Under the pieces are notes generated by a model. It was not told the origin of the DNA. It made no database searches and was given only the letters and a program-made list of their open reading frames with translations. This document shows positions 12,430 to 27,713 of a DNA stretch of 64,000 nucleotides, piece after piece. The translations under genes and the position numbers were made by a program. The first letter of the stretch is position 1. The number at the start of each line of letters is the position of its first letter. This DNA comes from Eledone cirrhosa (lineage: Eukaryota), in the NCBI GenBank assembly GCA_964016885.1, contig OZ024740.1, forward strand, positions 369,830,001 through 369,894,000, read 5' to 3'.

Positions 12430-13320
12430 CTATTACTAGTTTGAAATCAAAGGCAACATAGAGGAGTTCCCGCTAGATCTTGTCATCAAATCTTCATACA
12501 GTTTAAATCCGCAAGTCTCAGATATCCAAAAGACTAAATGTCAGCAGATGGGCACCGAGGAGTTAAAACATGGTCGTAACTTGGCCCCCTTACAGTGTAA
12601 AATGTTAATGGCCGAAACACATGCTTCCGGTGGATCTTCCGCGCTCTTGAGAGATTCTTACCACTGGGATTAAAGAGTAGGAGTGTGTCATTATCTCATT
12701 ACGATGATTTATAAAGAGCTCAGTTTCTCCTCTTAGAGTTCCCTAGATTATAAGGAATTATTGTGAGTTTTCAACTCATACTTTGTTAATAATAGGGGAT
12801 AATATACCAGCCCGGTAAAGAAAATATAAACTACGGAGGGAGCGGTAAATACAAATAATTTTTTTTTTTTAATCAATGGGGATTATTGTACGTTTTAAAC
12901 TCTACATGTTCATTTGATATATTTGGCACCTAATTTGTTAATTAATATTAGTAGAGCCTTTGTCTACGTGATTGGATCTAGACTGCTATTTTTAGCAACT
13001 TAATAGCATATTCCAGCCACCTCGGACTAATTGATTTACACTGGTCTTTCGTAGACACCATGTGCGTCTCGGAAATTAGTTTTCTGTACTCTCTCTCAAG
13101 TTCATAAGTTGCAGGTACACCCCTGAAAGGTATTGTATGTATTATGATTTCTTTGTGTATCCTAGCGAACCATAATATATATTTATTATGTCCGGGTGTA
13201 TATTGATGTAATGGAAGGTTTGTACACTTTTATTTATTCTTTTAATTAATTTGTATATACCACTCCATCGATAGTTTTTATGTTCTTTAGTAGGGTGGTA
13301 TTGTATCCCCCGTTATCAGT
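12430..13320 (-). mobile_element. Possible decayed PLE reverse transcriptase/thumb fragment
   Basis: Weak minus-strand peptide remnants (FKTY..P, LYRAGILSP). Confidence 0.35.
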
Positions 13321-13352
13321 CATAGTTTATTTGTCTTTCTCTCGTTAATATA

Positions 13353-13445
<93 letters not shown>

Positions 13446-16400
13446 CATATACTTATAAAATATATACATATATATATATGTATGTATGCATGTATGGTAC
13501 CATGGGCCCAGCACTATGTCTCAATAATTGTCACAAGTGTAGTGTTTGTACCAGAGTTTTCAAGTCACTGGCTAGAATAAAAAGTCACATTCGTTCAGCG
13601 CATCGGTAGGGGTTCTCCTACATGGATATAAAGTAGTGGCCGTACTCGAAAACGAGTTGGCAGCCACCATGATTGTATGTATGCATGTATGTACATATAT
13701 ATCAACGAATGTTTATATTTTTTGGTGTGGATACAAGAAACATGCCAAATTATTTGAAGAAAATTCATGGTCAGAATAATAAATATTTGCATGAAGTTCA
13801 TTTGTTAATTCATGGTCACAATAATAAATATTTGCATGAAGTTCAACTACTCTTATTCTTTATAGATTCATGCCGTGTCTGTAGCCGTATTTTCGTACTA
13901 CTTTTTTTTAATATTTGGTCGTTTGTATGAAATGCTGTTCTGTCGTCGCTTAGTTCTCATAGGTATTGGATCATCTATTACACAGCTGCAGCTGTCAAAC
14001 CTCATTTGAATGAAAATTTACCATTTCAGTTCTGTCTTGTCTTGCCGATCGATTTGTAACGACCATCTGTAAGCAAATATTTACAACACAATGCTTTTGA
14101 TATCCAAAATCTGGGAACTCTGATTTGTGGTAAGTGTTCTTCAGCAACTTCATTGATCACAGATAACATTAGGTTTGTATGATTGCTATTGATTCGTTTC
14201 ATAATTGTATTCCTTTTGCGTTTAATCTATTTAAAATGCAGAACTTTAAAGTTTTATATTTAATCTTCGCCATTTTATATGTCACCGGTTGACTGCCAAC
14301 CCACCGCTCTTTGGTGGCGATCCTCTCTCATTGTTATTGCTTTCAGATTTTGGTACAGTCATGGCTTGGATTGGTGATTATGATGGGAAGAACAGCATGT
14401 TTCATTTCAATAAAACTTGTTTGCGGTGTTGCTTTGTTTTGAGAAGATTAATAATGTTTCCAATCAGTACTTTTTCATTCTTTTCTTATCGTGTATCGAG
14501 AGACTTTAATATAAATGTAGTATCGCTATAATGCTGGTTTCAATTCAGAATTTGATTGAAATTCTCGCTGTCGTCCCCCACCCAAAAAACACTGATAGCA
14601 GGTTCCTGCCTTGTTCAGCGTAATAGCAATTCACGTGTTATCTATGGATTCGCTTACACTATTTGACGTGTTACATTCCTTTTTAGAAAAGCGTATTTTT
14701 TTTTATTTTTACATAAAATCAAAATAAGACAACAAGTTATATTTTTCATATGTGTATTAAAACCAAACATTCTACGGGGTAATATACCTTATATGATTAA
14801 TTGGAAAGTCACTTATGTCTCGTTCCTTGCATTCGACTCCAAATTTATATATATATATGTGCGTATGTGTGTACGTATGTAAGTATGTACGCGTGTATGT
14901 ATGTATGCATCTATGTGTGTGTGTGTATGTGTGTGCGTGCGTGCGTGTGTGTGTGTATGTGTGTGAGTGTATATTTTTCTGGTTTTAAGATTTTATACAT
15001 TTTTGCCAATAGAGAGAGAGTCAGTTTATAACATAGATACAAGACTCTCTTATTGGAATTTACATATCAACTAGTTATTGTATGTGTATGTTTTCAGTTA
15101 TATGTGTGCATGTGATTTGTATCTGTACATGTGTACATGCAGTTATTAGATGCAGAATTGTTGGAATTATTATTATTTACATATTTTTACTGTTCCATTA
15201 ATGGATTGTACTTGTAATTTCCTAACTAGCCGTGTTCTTTCTGTTTCTGTAAATCAAAGCTTCTCACGATATGTACTGAGGCAGTTACTAACATATATCA
15301 GTTTCCCAATAATCACAGGTATATATATGTATGTATGTTTGTATGTATGTATGTATATATGTATGAATGTATATATATGTATATTCTTCCGGTTTTATTA
15401 TTTCATACATTTTCAAAGATGGAGAATGAGCCGGTTTCTTAGTAAGAGTGATGAAAAATGTGTCCTGCATGCGCGATCCAACTGAACTAGAAAGACACGT
15501 AAAATACGACACCCATCGCATGCAGTTTTCTGGCTACAGCAAAAGAGACAGGATCAGGATGTACATAGGGGCATATGGCGAAATACAAGACCCTCATAGA
15601 GAAGTGTAATTAGAGAGGCTATAGAAATGGAATTATGAAAACCTTGGCTGAACAGAAAACAGGAATGGAGTAGAAAAAAATCATACACAAACACACACTA
15701 TTGGTGAAAGATATAATATAAATATACACAGATGCAATAACAACACCCACACACAAACACCCACCAGTAACCAAAGATAGAATATAAACAATTAAATGCA
15801 CGCAGATTCAGACACAAACACACGAGCACACGCCAAACAGAATACAGACACATAAACGCATGCGCAAAGAGAGGCAACCAAAACATAAAAAATGTTGTAG
15901 AAACATAACGGGAGGAAATCACTGAAAATGTCACAAAAATATGAGTGGTGAAACAACTTTGAGAAACTTTGAGAAATTGTATTTATATTTGTATTTTTAA
16001 TTGTTGTTCAATCAATGATAATCATTTATTGAATCATTTATTGCCAGGTAAATTATTTACAATTGTATAAAGCTATACTGAAATGAGGCGAAAACCAAAC
16101 CATGCAGCGAGTGTTTTATTATTATTTTTGACAGTATTACGACAGCATAACCCTCCCCAAATATAATGAATAAATGATTAAATCATAATACGGTATACGA
16201 GAATCATAAAGGATCGAATTGGTTTGAATTGAAAAATACATCGATGAAAATCTACTTATTTGTTAAGTAGGATAATATTGTTTTCATAAAATATTTTAAT
16301 AGACCCATTTATTCAAAGGTCATTAGCTCCTAGATTGAGTAGTATGGGCGACTTTATGGGGATAGAAAACAAGCGAAACTAATCCCTTTTTCAGGTTTCT

Positions 16401-17349
16401 TCCTATTTCTTCTACAAAAAGATAGAGAGTGAGATTGGAAAGCAGAGAGTGAGATCGGGAAACAGGGAGAAAGGAAAATAAAGAAATAATCGTCTTTATT
16501 GTTTCAGTTAACGATCTAGAATTGATGAAATACAGGGTTAAACTCGGTGGGATTTTAACCGAGAGCACAAAAAGACCAAAAGAATATCGCAAAACATTCT
16601 CTCTGATGTTCTAACGGCTGTGGTAATTCAGCGAATTAATATGTTTAAAGCTGTTTACTGAATGATTTTACAGCTAAACATTAATATGTGTCGTTCATGA
16701 AAATGGAAAGAGGACAACCATCAAATCAAATTCATTGCTATTATAAAATCAAACCGCAATCAAACACAAAAATAGATTTAGGAGTTATTATCAGACGTTT
16801 CAAGAATAGTTCAGGTTGAGTAAGAGGAAAGGAATATTCTGAAGCCAATGCAAATGACAGTCTTTGTATCATAATTTTCCAGCCAAATCAGCTGGACCTT
16901 TAATCGTGTATATGATGCTTACTGTTCATACACCTTATCTTTATATAATTCCTGTGTTATTTTCCGTTTGCTTAGTTCCACTGTTCGATGGATGATAATA
17001 ATTTAAATAATTATATACGCTTATGGCAATTGCAGTATGTGCTTGTTACGAGCAGGCTTCACTCGTGGCTATTATCCAAATAGTGATTGCGTTGTATTGT
17101 GTTTCGTAAGACTTTGTAAACCTGATTGACCAAATCATTGAGCGTATAGTGTACACGATCCTGTAAATTTTAATGTATCTGCCATTGTTACTAGCTAACA
17201 TGTTTGTATCACATCTCTTACCATTGGAGTGCGATATAAAAAGATTCGTTATTTCTCACTACCAGCAATTTAGTAATACAAATACACGCATTTATATAGA
17301 AAGATATACTACAGAGTCCTTTAAAATGTTAAACAAAAGGAAGACTTAC

Positions 17350-17411
17350 CTCTCCCTCAATCTTTGCAGGATTAATCACGAAGTTGTGATCTCTATCCAT
17401 TGATTCTCGAA
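17350..17411 (-). CDS. Candidate 62-nt coding exon of an unknown host gene
   Basis: Acceptor TATTATCTCTTAG, donor GAG|GTAAGT. Open frame (V)RESMDRDHNFVINPAKIEGE, in phase with the candidate exon at 34949-34991. Confidence 0.35.
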
Positions 17412-17625
17412 CTAAGAGATAATATATACAGATATATATGCCGACTATATCTTAATATAAATCCGATGATTATAAAGGTAACAAATGTATATCGAAATGT
17501 CACAAAGAAAAATGCATGCCCACTATGGGGATATGAACGAACTACATTAAATAATGTTTATATATGCATTATATGTATATCTTATATTTGCCGTTAGAAA
17601 ATTTGAAAGTTCCCTAATATATATA

Positions 17626-18415
17626 TACGAGGTACATTTGAGACCTTTTGATACTTTCTTTTCGGACTCCTTTAATTGACGTACGTAGCTGTCACTTTAA
17701 TAAATTCTTGACATGGTTATAATAAGCCAACATACCAAATCTTTCTTTTTTTTCAGCCTGAATGTTCTGGCCTCTAGAGTACTTTAAACACTAACCATCA
17801 TATACGTGTTGTGACAGGTGCCTGGTTCCACAATGCAGTCGGGACGTTAGGACAACTTGGAAACTTAATATGCAATAACGTTTTGTGTCAAGCTCGGCAA
17901 TAAGGCTGCAGAAACCTATGAAATAGTCAAAACTGGTTACGGACTATCTTTCATCAGCCGGATTACTGTTTTCCGCTGGCACAATATAAGTGCCAGGAGG
18001 GCAGGAAGCAGGTGCAGGTCTATGAGAGGTGTGGGGGACATCGGGACAGCAACGCCGGTCGATTTAATTCCCATATTTCTGCACGAAAAACCTCGTACAT
18101 CTATCCTGACGATTGCTAAACAATTTGAAATGGCGGAAGGCACTGTGCACAGAATAATTCATGATGATCTGAATATGCACAAAGTTTTTGCAAAATTTGT
18201 TCCCAGGGTAATCAATGAACATCAAAGGCAGAGCCACGTTGATAGCAGCAGCGAGATGTTCGAGTGGATCGCTTCAAATCCAGAGGTTCTTGAATAGCTG
18301 AAAACCTGTGACGGGAGTTTGGTCTACTATTATGATCCAGAGACGAAGAGAGAGAGGGAGTGCTATGTGGTAATATTCTGGCTCTCCAAAACCCAAGAAG
18401 ACCAGGCAAAGCAGA
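17626..18415 (+). mobile_element. Mariner (Tc1/mariner) transposon, 5' half, pseudogenised
   Basis: TA-CGAGG terminus. FCVKLG..AAETYE, HTH (TIAKQFEMAEGTVHRIIHDDL), KFVPR (WVPHEL-like) and TCD...YYYDPETK motifs, with stops and frameshifts. Confidence 0.9.
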
Positions 18416-18419
18416 TGCA

Positions 18420-19410
18420 CTGTAGTATTTCTATCACTCTCAACCACTAAGTTCTGTCTCTTCTTTTGGTACCCCCTCTTCCTCTCTCTCTCACACATTA
18501 CTCTGCCATCATTACCCTCTTCAACCGCTCCGCCCACTCTATCGACATGACAATTTCCTGTTGCGCACGCCACCCTAACATTTCACTTCCTCATCGCCAT
18601 TCTCTCCTACTTGAACTTGGAATTTACTTCACGTTCAATCCACCTGGTAAACCTTCGTATCTTTAGCATCCACACACAGGCACCAACATCCATTAAGAAA
18701 CTAAGACACACACAGACACTTTCACATCTACACATCCACCAACACTTCACCCCACACCGCCTCCAGATTTGACACGATCTCATCTCTTCCCATCCATCCC
18801 CCTCCATTCACACAAACACAAATACACACCTATACCCATACAGGGACTATACACAAACAGACATACCCTCCACCCCAATACACACAACGGTTTTTCAAAA
18901 CCCACATTCACATATACACACTTCCCTCCAGACTCTCATACTTACAACCATACATACACACACACTTACATCTACACAAACACACACACCTTAGCTTCCA
19001 CCATCCCCGCTCGTACTGTAATTCTCTTGCTTTCCCACCTACTCTCTCCCCCTTTATACACCCATTACACAGTACTACACCCTTGCCATCAAGGATCCGT
19101 ACACTCCACCCACCCCTTCATTTTCACATTTTTTTTAGATTCTGGTTTTTATATATTTTTATATATATTTTTCAATTCTGTTTTTATTTATTTTGATTTT
19201 CCCGTTTATTTTTATTTCTATTTTCCCGTCCTTTCATGTTCTTCCTGTTAACTTCCCTCCTGACTCGTTCTCGGTGTTCCTCCCTACTTTCCTGAAGAAG
19301 CACTTATGTTCGAAACGTCGTAACCTCCCCCATTCTCATCAATAGTGAACCTAATAACACTGTATACCATTGACTCCTGCGTTTGCTTGTTTGTCCTTTT
19401 GAACTATATA
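18420..19410 (+). mobile_element. Penelope-like element 3' end (GIY-YIG C-terminus, CA-rich UTR, HHR-like motif)
   Basis: FNRSAHSID...TFNPPG remnant. CTGAAGA...GAAAC-GTC-GTA at 19292-19322. Confidence 0.6.
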
Positions 19411-19761
19411 TATATATACAGATGGAAGTTTAGTAAAATCGAAGTGTTGTCTGTGGACAAGCTAATGATATACAATTAGTAATGTGCAGCAAAGCACTCG
19501 ATAAGGCTGTGTCACCTTAGAGTAATAACATGCGTTAGGTAGCTTGACAAATTGAAATCTGCGGCACGCGAGCCTAGCCACGTGATACCAAAGCAACGAA
19601 AAAACCAATTAGGTCAGATAACAACCTGGACCATCTCGAACGATATTATGTAATACCTCCGATAGGTTTCTATGAATTTAAAATCAACAATCCTACTTGC
19701 GCAATATGCAAGTTTGTGGTATTCGACGACCGAACTGTGAACTCACATTATTACCAGGTCA

Positions 19762-19955
19762 GGGCGGTGGATTGGCAGTATCGGTAAAGGGTCGGACGCC
19801 ATGCTTTGACGCAAAGACTTACGGCCCTTTCCATTCTGAGGTCAAATCTCGCCGAGGTTAACTTTGCCTTTCATCCTTATGGGGTCGATAAAATAAAGTA
19901 CCAGTAATACACTTGGTAATTGCTGGCCTTGTGCCAAAAGTAGAAACAATTATTA
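19762..19955 (+). mobile_element. tRNA-derived SINE (octopus-type) with target-site duplication
   Basis: A-box TGGCAGTATCGG, B-box-like GGTCAAATC, body CTTTGCCTTTCATCC. TSD ATTATTA(C/A)CAGGTC at 19747 and 19949. Confidence 0.85.
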
Positions 19956-20290
19956 ACAGGTCTCCGTTCTGAGCCTCGAACCGGTGTGAAGTGTAGCAGT
20001 AAGCTACTACTGATGGTAGCCGTCAATGTTTCACTATCACGTGCTTTTTCCCCAACAAGGGAAGTAACCCCGGTCTTTGGCGGACAAATTCAAAGTGTGA
20101 ACAAAGGAATAGATTCCATTCCACAAACCTAATAAGAAGCTCTCGACTAGATGTTATTAAACAGACATAAATAATTAACTAATCAATAGAATTGTCTAAT
20201 TAAATTAATTAATTATTAGGTCTAGGAGATAATAATACAAATGGAAGTTTAGTAAAATCGAAGCTTTGGCTGTGGTCAAGCTAACGATAT

Positions 20291-20382
<92 letters not shown>

Positions 20383-21208
20383 GAGGGTGAAGTGAAGAGA
20401 AGAGAAGAGAGACAGAGACAGACAGACAGCATGTAGCTTGGGAGAAGGAATGAATGAAAACTGTCAAGAACTTCAATATGTGATGCTAAAATGGAACATG
20501 GTATCACACTAGAGAACATAGATATAAAGATCATATGCACACACAGAAAAGACGCAAGGCTACGACAGATTACAGAAGCAACAAGCATAAAGAAAATTAA
20601 ACAGAATATATGAGTAGAATAGCAACATCACAACTAGTAACTAAGGACATGATAAAGACATACAGAGACACATGAGAACCAAACTAATAAAACAAAATCA
20701 GACGCAAATAGAATACAAAACCAAGTAGTGACAAGTAAGTAAATTAGAAGCTTTCGCTGTATTTTTTTACTATAAACATTTTAGCCTGATAGTGAGGTTT
20801 AGAACACTCTAAGAAATGGAAAAAGATGAGTATTGACGTATATAAACACAACACACGTGGATATAACGCCTGAACAACCCAAGTACACAGCAAATAAAAC
20901 AAGCTGGTGTAGGACAGAAACAAGGACAGACACAAAATAAGACATTAGTCACTGCCAAGATCACAAAATCTGTAAAGAAAGAGCTTTGACAGCAAATAAA
21001 CTAGAATCCGGTTATTAATGCATCAAACTGGAAATTTGTAATAAGTTGAAGTGAAAAACAGCAGGTGCGTCAGCTTTGTTGGTAGCATGACTCTCCTAAT
21101 GTATAGCTATGTGCTAAAGCTACAGACCGATTCTGCATTCGTTAGCTTGGCCGTGTTCTAAAGCTTCGTTAATGCTGTACTAACATTTTTATATATATAT
21201 ATATATAT

Positions 21209-21825
21209 TATAGCAGCAGTACCCAGCGTTGCCTGGAGGGTAAAATAATATTTGCTTTGATGAAAAGGTGTTGATCTTAGCGACTTTTTCTCGATGACTC
21301 ATCTATGGCCACGCACAGGCTATGCGGGGGAGGGTGGTGATGACCTCTATCACTGGGAAACGCGGGTGACTTACGAAGGGGCATTCTGGGGGAGAGAGTT
21401 TCGAATTTGAACGAAATCGGTTGAAAAATGTGGGAGCTAGAGCCGAACAGGTGGAAATTTGAGCGAAAAGGTGGTATTTTCGAATATTTAAGCGGCTGTC
21501 ACGCGGTTCCTGAACAACAAATGCAAAATATAAAGCCATTACAGGATGTTCAATGATAAATTCTATTTTGCTTTAGGGTTTGAACGAAATCGGTGGCAAA
21601 TTGTGGGAGCTAGAGCCAAAAATCTTATTTTTCGATACCTAAAAAAGGTGACCCTCCCTATCGATTTTTATCTGCAGAATGACCCCGGAATAAAAACGAA
21701 CGATACGCTGATATATGAAAAACACTCCCCGATGACTAATCTATGAGCTGGTAAAGTTTCATGAAAATCGGTCGTAAGATCTAGGCCCTTATAGGTAATA
21801 CACACATACTTAATTTTATATATAT
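21209..21825 (-). mobile_element. Non-autonomous Helitron/Helentron-type element
   Basis: Minus-strand 3' hairpin CCAGGCAACGCTGGG followed by a CTAG-like end. Internal TTTGAACGAAATCGG repeats and AAGTTTCATGAAAATCGG. Confidence 0.65.
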
Positions 21826-21856
<31 letters not shown>

Positions 21857-21902
21857 ACGAAGGAAATGTGGTAAGGAACCAGCCGTCGGGGTCCTACTCC
21901 TT

Positions 21903-21953
<51 letters not shown>

Positions 21954-22361
21954 ATCTGTATAAAATTAAGTATGTGTGTGTGTGTGTCTGTGCATTACCT
22001 ATAGGGGCCTACATCTTACGCCCCCCCCCCCCTGGCAGCCCATTTGTTGAAGTATCCATTTATATATATTTATAGTAGAAACACGAGGAACTTTTATTTA
22101 CATAAGAACATATTTATTGCGTATCGACCTATATATATATATAGGGAGGAGAAGAATGATAGAAAGAAAGAGAGATTGAAAACCCACTTTCATATGTACC
22201 TTAATATCAGATACATATACAGAAATTCTGCAAATTGTTATCTGTGAAATAACAAGCATGAATTTGAAAAAACACATACAGAGTAGAAAGTTAAATTGGG
22301 TAGTCTTGAATAACTTTTATTTCCAATACTTTTGACGAAAGGGAATAATCTATTGAATTGA

Positions 22362-22469
<108 letters not shown>

Positions 22470-23586
22470 TCTCTCTCTCTGTTGCCTGTGCGTGTTTATA
22501 ATCAGAATATTTTCCTCCATGTACACATGTCTATATAATGAATTAATTAATGGCACTAATAAGAGTGTTTGAAAAATACCCTATTATTACTAGTCATGAA
22601 ATCTCAGACTGCGTTTTGTATTCGTAGTTTCTAATGAACAATAGTATATATTATATATTTAATAATGTAAATATTTTGTCAGATTCGATGTTTATAACGT
22701 GTTTATCTGTCATGATAAAGGGAATCTCCAAAACTGATCGATAAATGTTTATAATTTGGTAATCGTAATGCAGTTAATCTCAGTCTTTAAGGTTTTCCTG
22801 TTACCGATTGCAGTTAGGAGTTATAATCCCTGGCACATGACTGAGTTTCTGAGTTGATGTAATGTGTGTGTTTAAATATAGCGTCTTCTAATATAGGCGC
22901 AAGACAAGCTACTATCTGTTATTACAGGTGAAACATTTCAGTGAAACGTAAATTGTCATTCTTAGAAAAATGAAAACAAAGTCAACATATAAATGCTTTG
23001 GAATCGGAGTGTAAAGAATATGATTACATACATAACTGAGATATTGAATTAATAGAAATGAATTGACGAATTGATTCTATTTTGATTGGTTACATAGATC
23101 ATTTTGATCAGGTCAAACATATATATTGAATATTATAAAATTGTATCGATATGACTAACAAAAACAGTTATTCAATAATAGTAAAATATTTGTTTCTGAA
23201 ATGTTCGCTAAACAGTTAGATGAATGTTACGTTTGTTGACAATTTTCTTATTATAAATAGTACATTATTCCATTGCAATGCAGTATTAAATTACCGCAAG
23301 CGTGATTTGGGGATTTCTGTTAGATAGCGATGGCTGAAATCTAAAACAAAATATGATTTCAAATAAAGGTGACACAAAGTATTTCAGTAGATGCATACAA
23401 AGAAAAGATTCTATAAATGTATATATCATTCTAATTATTCTGATTTACAATATAGTAAGACCAAAATACATCGAAGAGGGTGGAAGCAAGAATGCGTATT
23501 GGTAACTGCTTCATGTGTTATTGGACAAGCACATAATTATGCTGCAAACGAAAAATTACAAAAAAATAATGAAATGAAAACATGAA

Positions 23587-23659
<73 letters not shown>

Positions 23660-24734
23660 CTGAGAGAGATAGGAGGGGGAGCGGTAGATAGATATAGTAT
23701 GTTAGTTTGTATAGCCTCCACCACACTTTACTACTGCAAACTCTTCCACTCCCTTTCATTCATTGTCTTAATATTTTGTTTTTGTTACTTCTATATGTTG
23801 ATACAAAACCCATTATCAGCTAATTTGGTGACAGTCATAATCGATCACTCGATTTAATAGCATCACCTGGACTTTCGTCTATTATAAAAGTACCAACTTT
23901 GCTAATTGTTTTTTTTTTCTTCTCAAATTATCCTTAAAAATTACGTTTCTAATGTACAGAATTGAAGACAGTATAGCCAAATATCAGCTGCATTGAGTTG
24001 CAAGCAAATCCTCTACTAATAGGATAAGTACAATAGCCAATACTGGAGCCAAAATAAAGGCTACAGAGACGATCTCCGAATGAAAGAATGTCAAATGCAG
24101 TTCGAAAATTGAACAACTACATCTGATGTACGTGATTTTCTGGCGAGAGATTTTCCACCAAGAAATAGGTAAGATACAAGTACTCACATCAGACGGGTCA
24201 CATCAGCACCAAATGCGGCTCATAAGCGCAGAGTAGCGCTTCAAATTCAACGGATGATAGTCACTATATACGGATATTTCATCTGTGGCTAGGAATGCAG
24301 ATCTAAGAACCGTTTGAGCGCATGGATGTATAGGCCTGAGGAAATCCAGAGAGGGCTCGATAAGGATAAATATATATCAAATATATAAGAACCCTAGAGC
24401 AAATATTTATTAAAATAACAGAGTGAGGTTTAAGCAAAAATCACTGCTTTCACCCTTAACGGGATCGTCTGAAATTAAAATAATTAATCTGTGAACGCAG
24501 AAGTAAATATTTCGAAAAAAGTTGCAACCGAAGGAAAACAGGAAGACGATACTTTGGTTCGTGAAGACGTTCCCTGGCAATCAACGGAAAAAAGCGAGGA
24601 TAATACGTCGTTATGTGGAGCGCTGAGAACAAATACACGCAAATACAAAACCACGTTTATGGTATAAATGAAGTTGTAGACTATTATTCTATTCAGGAAA
24701 CCGAATGCTTCTCAGCTTCAGAGTTAAGAATAAT

Positions 24735-24825
24735 TGTTTCTACATTTGGCACAAGGGCAGCAATTATCCGAGTGTATTACTGGTACTTTATTTTATCGAC
24801 CATGTAAGGATGAAACGCAAAGTTA
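24735..24825 (-). mobile_element. 5'-truncated SINE inserted in the left PLE arm
   Basis: Reverse complement of the 3' half of the 19762 SINE. TSD AAGAATAAT at 24726 and 24826. Absent from the right arm. Confidence 0.8.
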
Positions 24826-25611
24826 AAGAATAATATAAAAAAATTAGTAGAACAAAAATGACAGAGCTTATTAAAATCAATAATAATTAAATATATACAT
24901 ACACGCATCTATATACGTACATACACGTGCATACGCGAAAGCACCCGCCATGCATGCAGCTACATGCACCTACACATATACGCGCACACATACATAAACC
25001 CGCACGACACACGTACCCGCACACATACGTACGTATACACTAAATACACATAAAAAATATATATATGTGTGTGTGTATACATATAATTATATACACGTAT
25101 ATAAATATACACGCATAAATACGTATATAGCGCACGCACACACATACCAACAGATTTGTTGTTTAAGATGTGGTCATTGGTGTAGTGTTTCTTTCAGGGC
25201 TTCAGCGGCGCAAAGATCGCATCGTCTTTTATTTCCGTTATACGATCTAGCCTTAGCTAGGATCTCCCAGTGGAACCTATATTGGGTGTGGTTGTTTATT
25301 AGACTCCAGATATAAGCTGAAAGTGACGTCATATTCCTTCTTAAATGGTTAAGAAAAGAATGGGTGTACATGTAAAGACGCTGCTTTAATCTATTGGTGG
25401 TTAACCCTATGTAGGCTCTACGGGATCTATTTTCCTTGATCTATGATCATACGTAGTATATACTACCTTATCGACGAATCCATTCCAAGCAAGAGCTTCA
25501 TTGTAATATGGTCGGTGAAAATATGCTCGTCTGTAGATAGACGGGAAAGCACCAAGGAAACGTTTCTTACAGGGTTCTTGGTTATACTGGCAGGATGGTT
25601 AGAAGGCTTAC

Positions 25612-26487
25612 TTATGTAATTAAGCTTATCATTTGGTTTTCTATACGGGTAGTGCAAGCCATTCGACAAATTGTGGGTGACGTTGAGGTAATTAACGACC
25701 ACGAGGTTGGCCTCAACCTGTATGGAGAGGTTGAAGCATTTAAAAAAGCTGTGAGTTCTATTCTGAACCTGTCGCAGGCGTGTGGACGGCACTTTGTCAA
25801 AAGACCGTCATCGTGGTACAAACCACCGCCCACACTGGGGAATTCTTCCTTGATAGAGAAAAGAAGGAAAAAGCCGATAAGATATGTAACCTCCGCCGAA
25901 ACGCTGGCGCCCATACTCATGTCGAATGGGGTACTATCAGATTTTTTTATCGAAATCGAGTCGTCAAAATTAATCACCGACTTACAGGCATTGAGGATGA
26001 CATCAACTTCGAAATCCTTAACCACCGTGAGCGTTTTAGCGAAATTGATAGCTCTAAGAACAAGTGGTAAAGTGATGGAGGAGTAGTAGTTATTGATGTC
26101 GAATTGAATAAAACGGCAATGTTCCTTGTTGCATATGCGATTGAACCAATCAATCACCACGAAAGAATTATTCTGCAGTGCAATATTGGCCAAGCTTCTA
26201 ATTTCAGGTATAATTCTATGTAAAATCCTTTTACTAAGTTCACCTAAATCAGATTTCGTAGGGTTAATTAGCCGAATAGAAGGGTTGTTGGCGTAATTGA
26301 GTTTGTGCTCCTTCATGGTAAAGAGAAGAGAAATTGGGTCCAGAGGTTCAGTCCGGCCCTGGATGTTGAGTTCAGAAGTGATTTTAAACCCAGCATCGTT
26401 GATGTCATTAATGACACTCCGATTGGTTTTCCAGTAATCCTTAGTTCCACCATTATGTAGCAGTTGATGGTAAGTACTGCACCCCAC
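25612..26487 (-). pseudogene. PLE reverse transcriptase core, frameshifted
   Basis: 291-aa ORF with RT motifs FD..YYSSI, MG and YHDD. Confidence 0.9.
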
Positions 26488-27643
26488 TTGATATAGATTG
26501 CCAGTTTTTCGGAGTGTACATGCACGGCATTAGAATCGTTAATAGAACGAATTCTATTCCTCAGGTCCTGCTGGAAGGAATTGTTCCTATTTCGAAATTT
26601 GATACTCCGTATGAGTTCCAAGACATGGTTTTCGAAGGGTAGCAATGTGGGAGGGTTATTATAAATTTTAAACCCACATTGATTCTTTTTATTGTCCGCT
26701 TTTTCCTGGTTATCGAAATAAAAGGCACGCCACACGCAACCTTTTTAAGGAACGAATCCGTTTTCTGTATCAGACCTTTGAGGTACGTCTTCCTGTTAGG
26801 TACGGTTATGATTTTTGTTAAAATATTCAGATGTTGTTTCTGCATGATGAATATAAGTCAATAGAGTGCTCAGTGTATATATTATATTATAGATACTGGT
26901 ATATGTGTATATTGTGTGGGTGTGTGTATGCGTGTATGCGTGTTTGCAAGTATGTAAGGCATGTATATATGTACATCGTGTTTCGCTTGACGCACCTTTG
27001 GTGAACATATGTGTATTTACCTGTAGGTATGTGTGTGCGTGCGCTATATACGTATTTATGCGTGTATACTTCTATAGGTTTATATAATTATATATATATT
27101 TTTTGTATTTGGTGTATACGTTCGTATGTGTGCGGGTACGTGTGTCGCGCGGGTTTATGTATGTGCGCACATTTTTATGTGTAAGTGCATGTATATGCAT
27201 GCATGGCGGGTGTTTTCGCGTATGCACGTGTATGTACGTATATAGATGCGTGTATGTATATATTTAATTATTATTGATTTTAATAACCTCTGTCATTTTT
27301 ATTCTACTAATTTATTTACATTATTCTTAACTCTAAAGCCGAGAATCATTCAGTTTCCTGAATAGAATAATAGTCTACGACTTCATTTATACCATAAACG
27401 TGGTCTTGTCTTCGTGTATTTGTTCTCATGGACCAACACTACGACGTATTATCTTCGCTTTTTTCCGTTGATTGCCAGGGAACGTCTTCACGAACCAAAG
27501 TATCGTCTTCCTGTTTTCCTTCGGTTGCAACGTTTTTCGAAATATTTACTTCTGCGTTCACAGATTGATTTTTTATAGTTTCAAAAGATCCCGTTAAGAG
27601 TGAAAGCATCGATTCTCTGCTTAAACATTAATCTGTTATTTTA

Positions 27644-27713
<70 letters not shown>

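Larger units (their letters stand above)
24402..27651 (-). mobile_element. Naiad-type Penelope-like retroelement with long inverted terminal arms
   Basis: Disrupted ORF ~26850-25170: WRAFYF, IRLINPTKSDLG, FDINNYYSSI, FDMSMG, GGLYHDDG, then GIY-YIG YIGLTT..R and CDLC. Arms 24402-25148 and 27026-27651 are reverse complements. Confidence 0.92.

Noticed and set aside
18769-19251. 160-aa His/Thr-rich ORF
   Set aside because: Low-complexity CA-rich 3' UTR of a PLE.
25595-26086. 163-aa plus-strand ORF
   Set aside because: Antisense shadow of the PLE RT.
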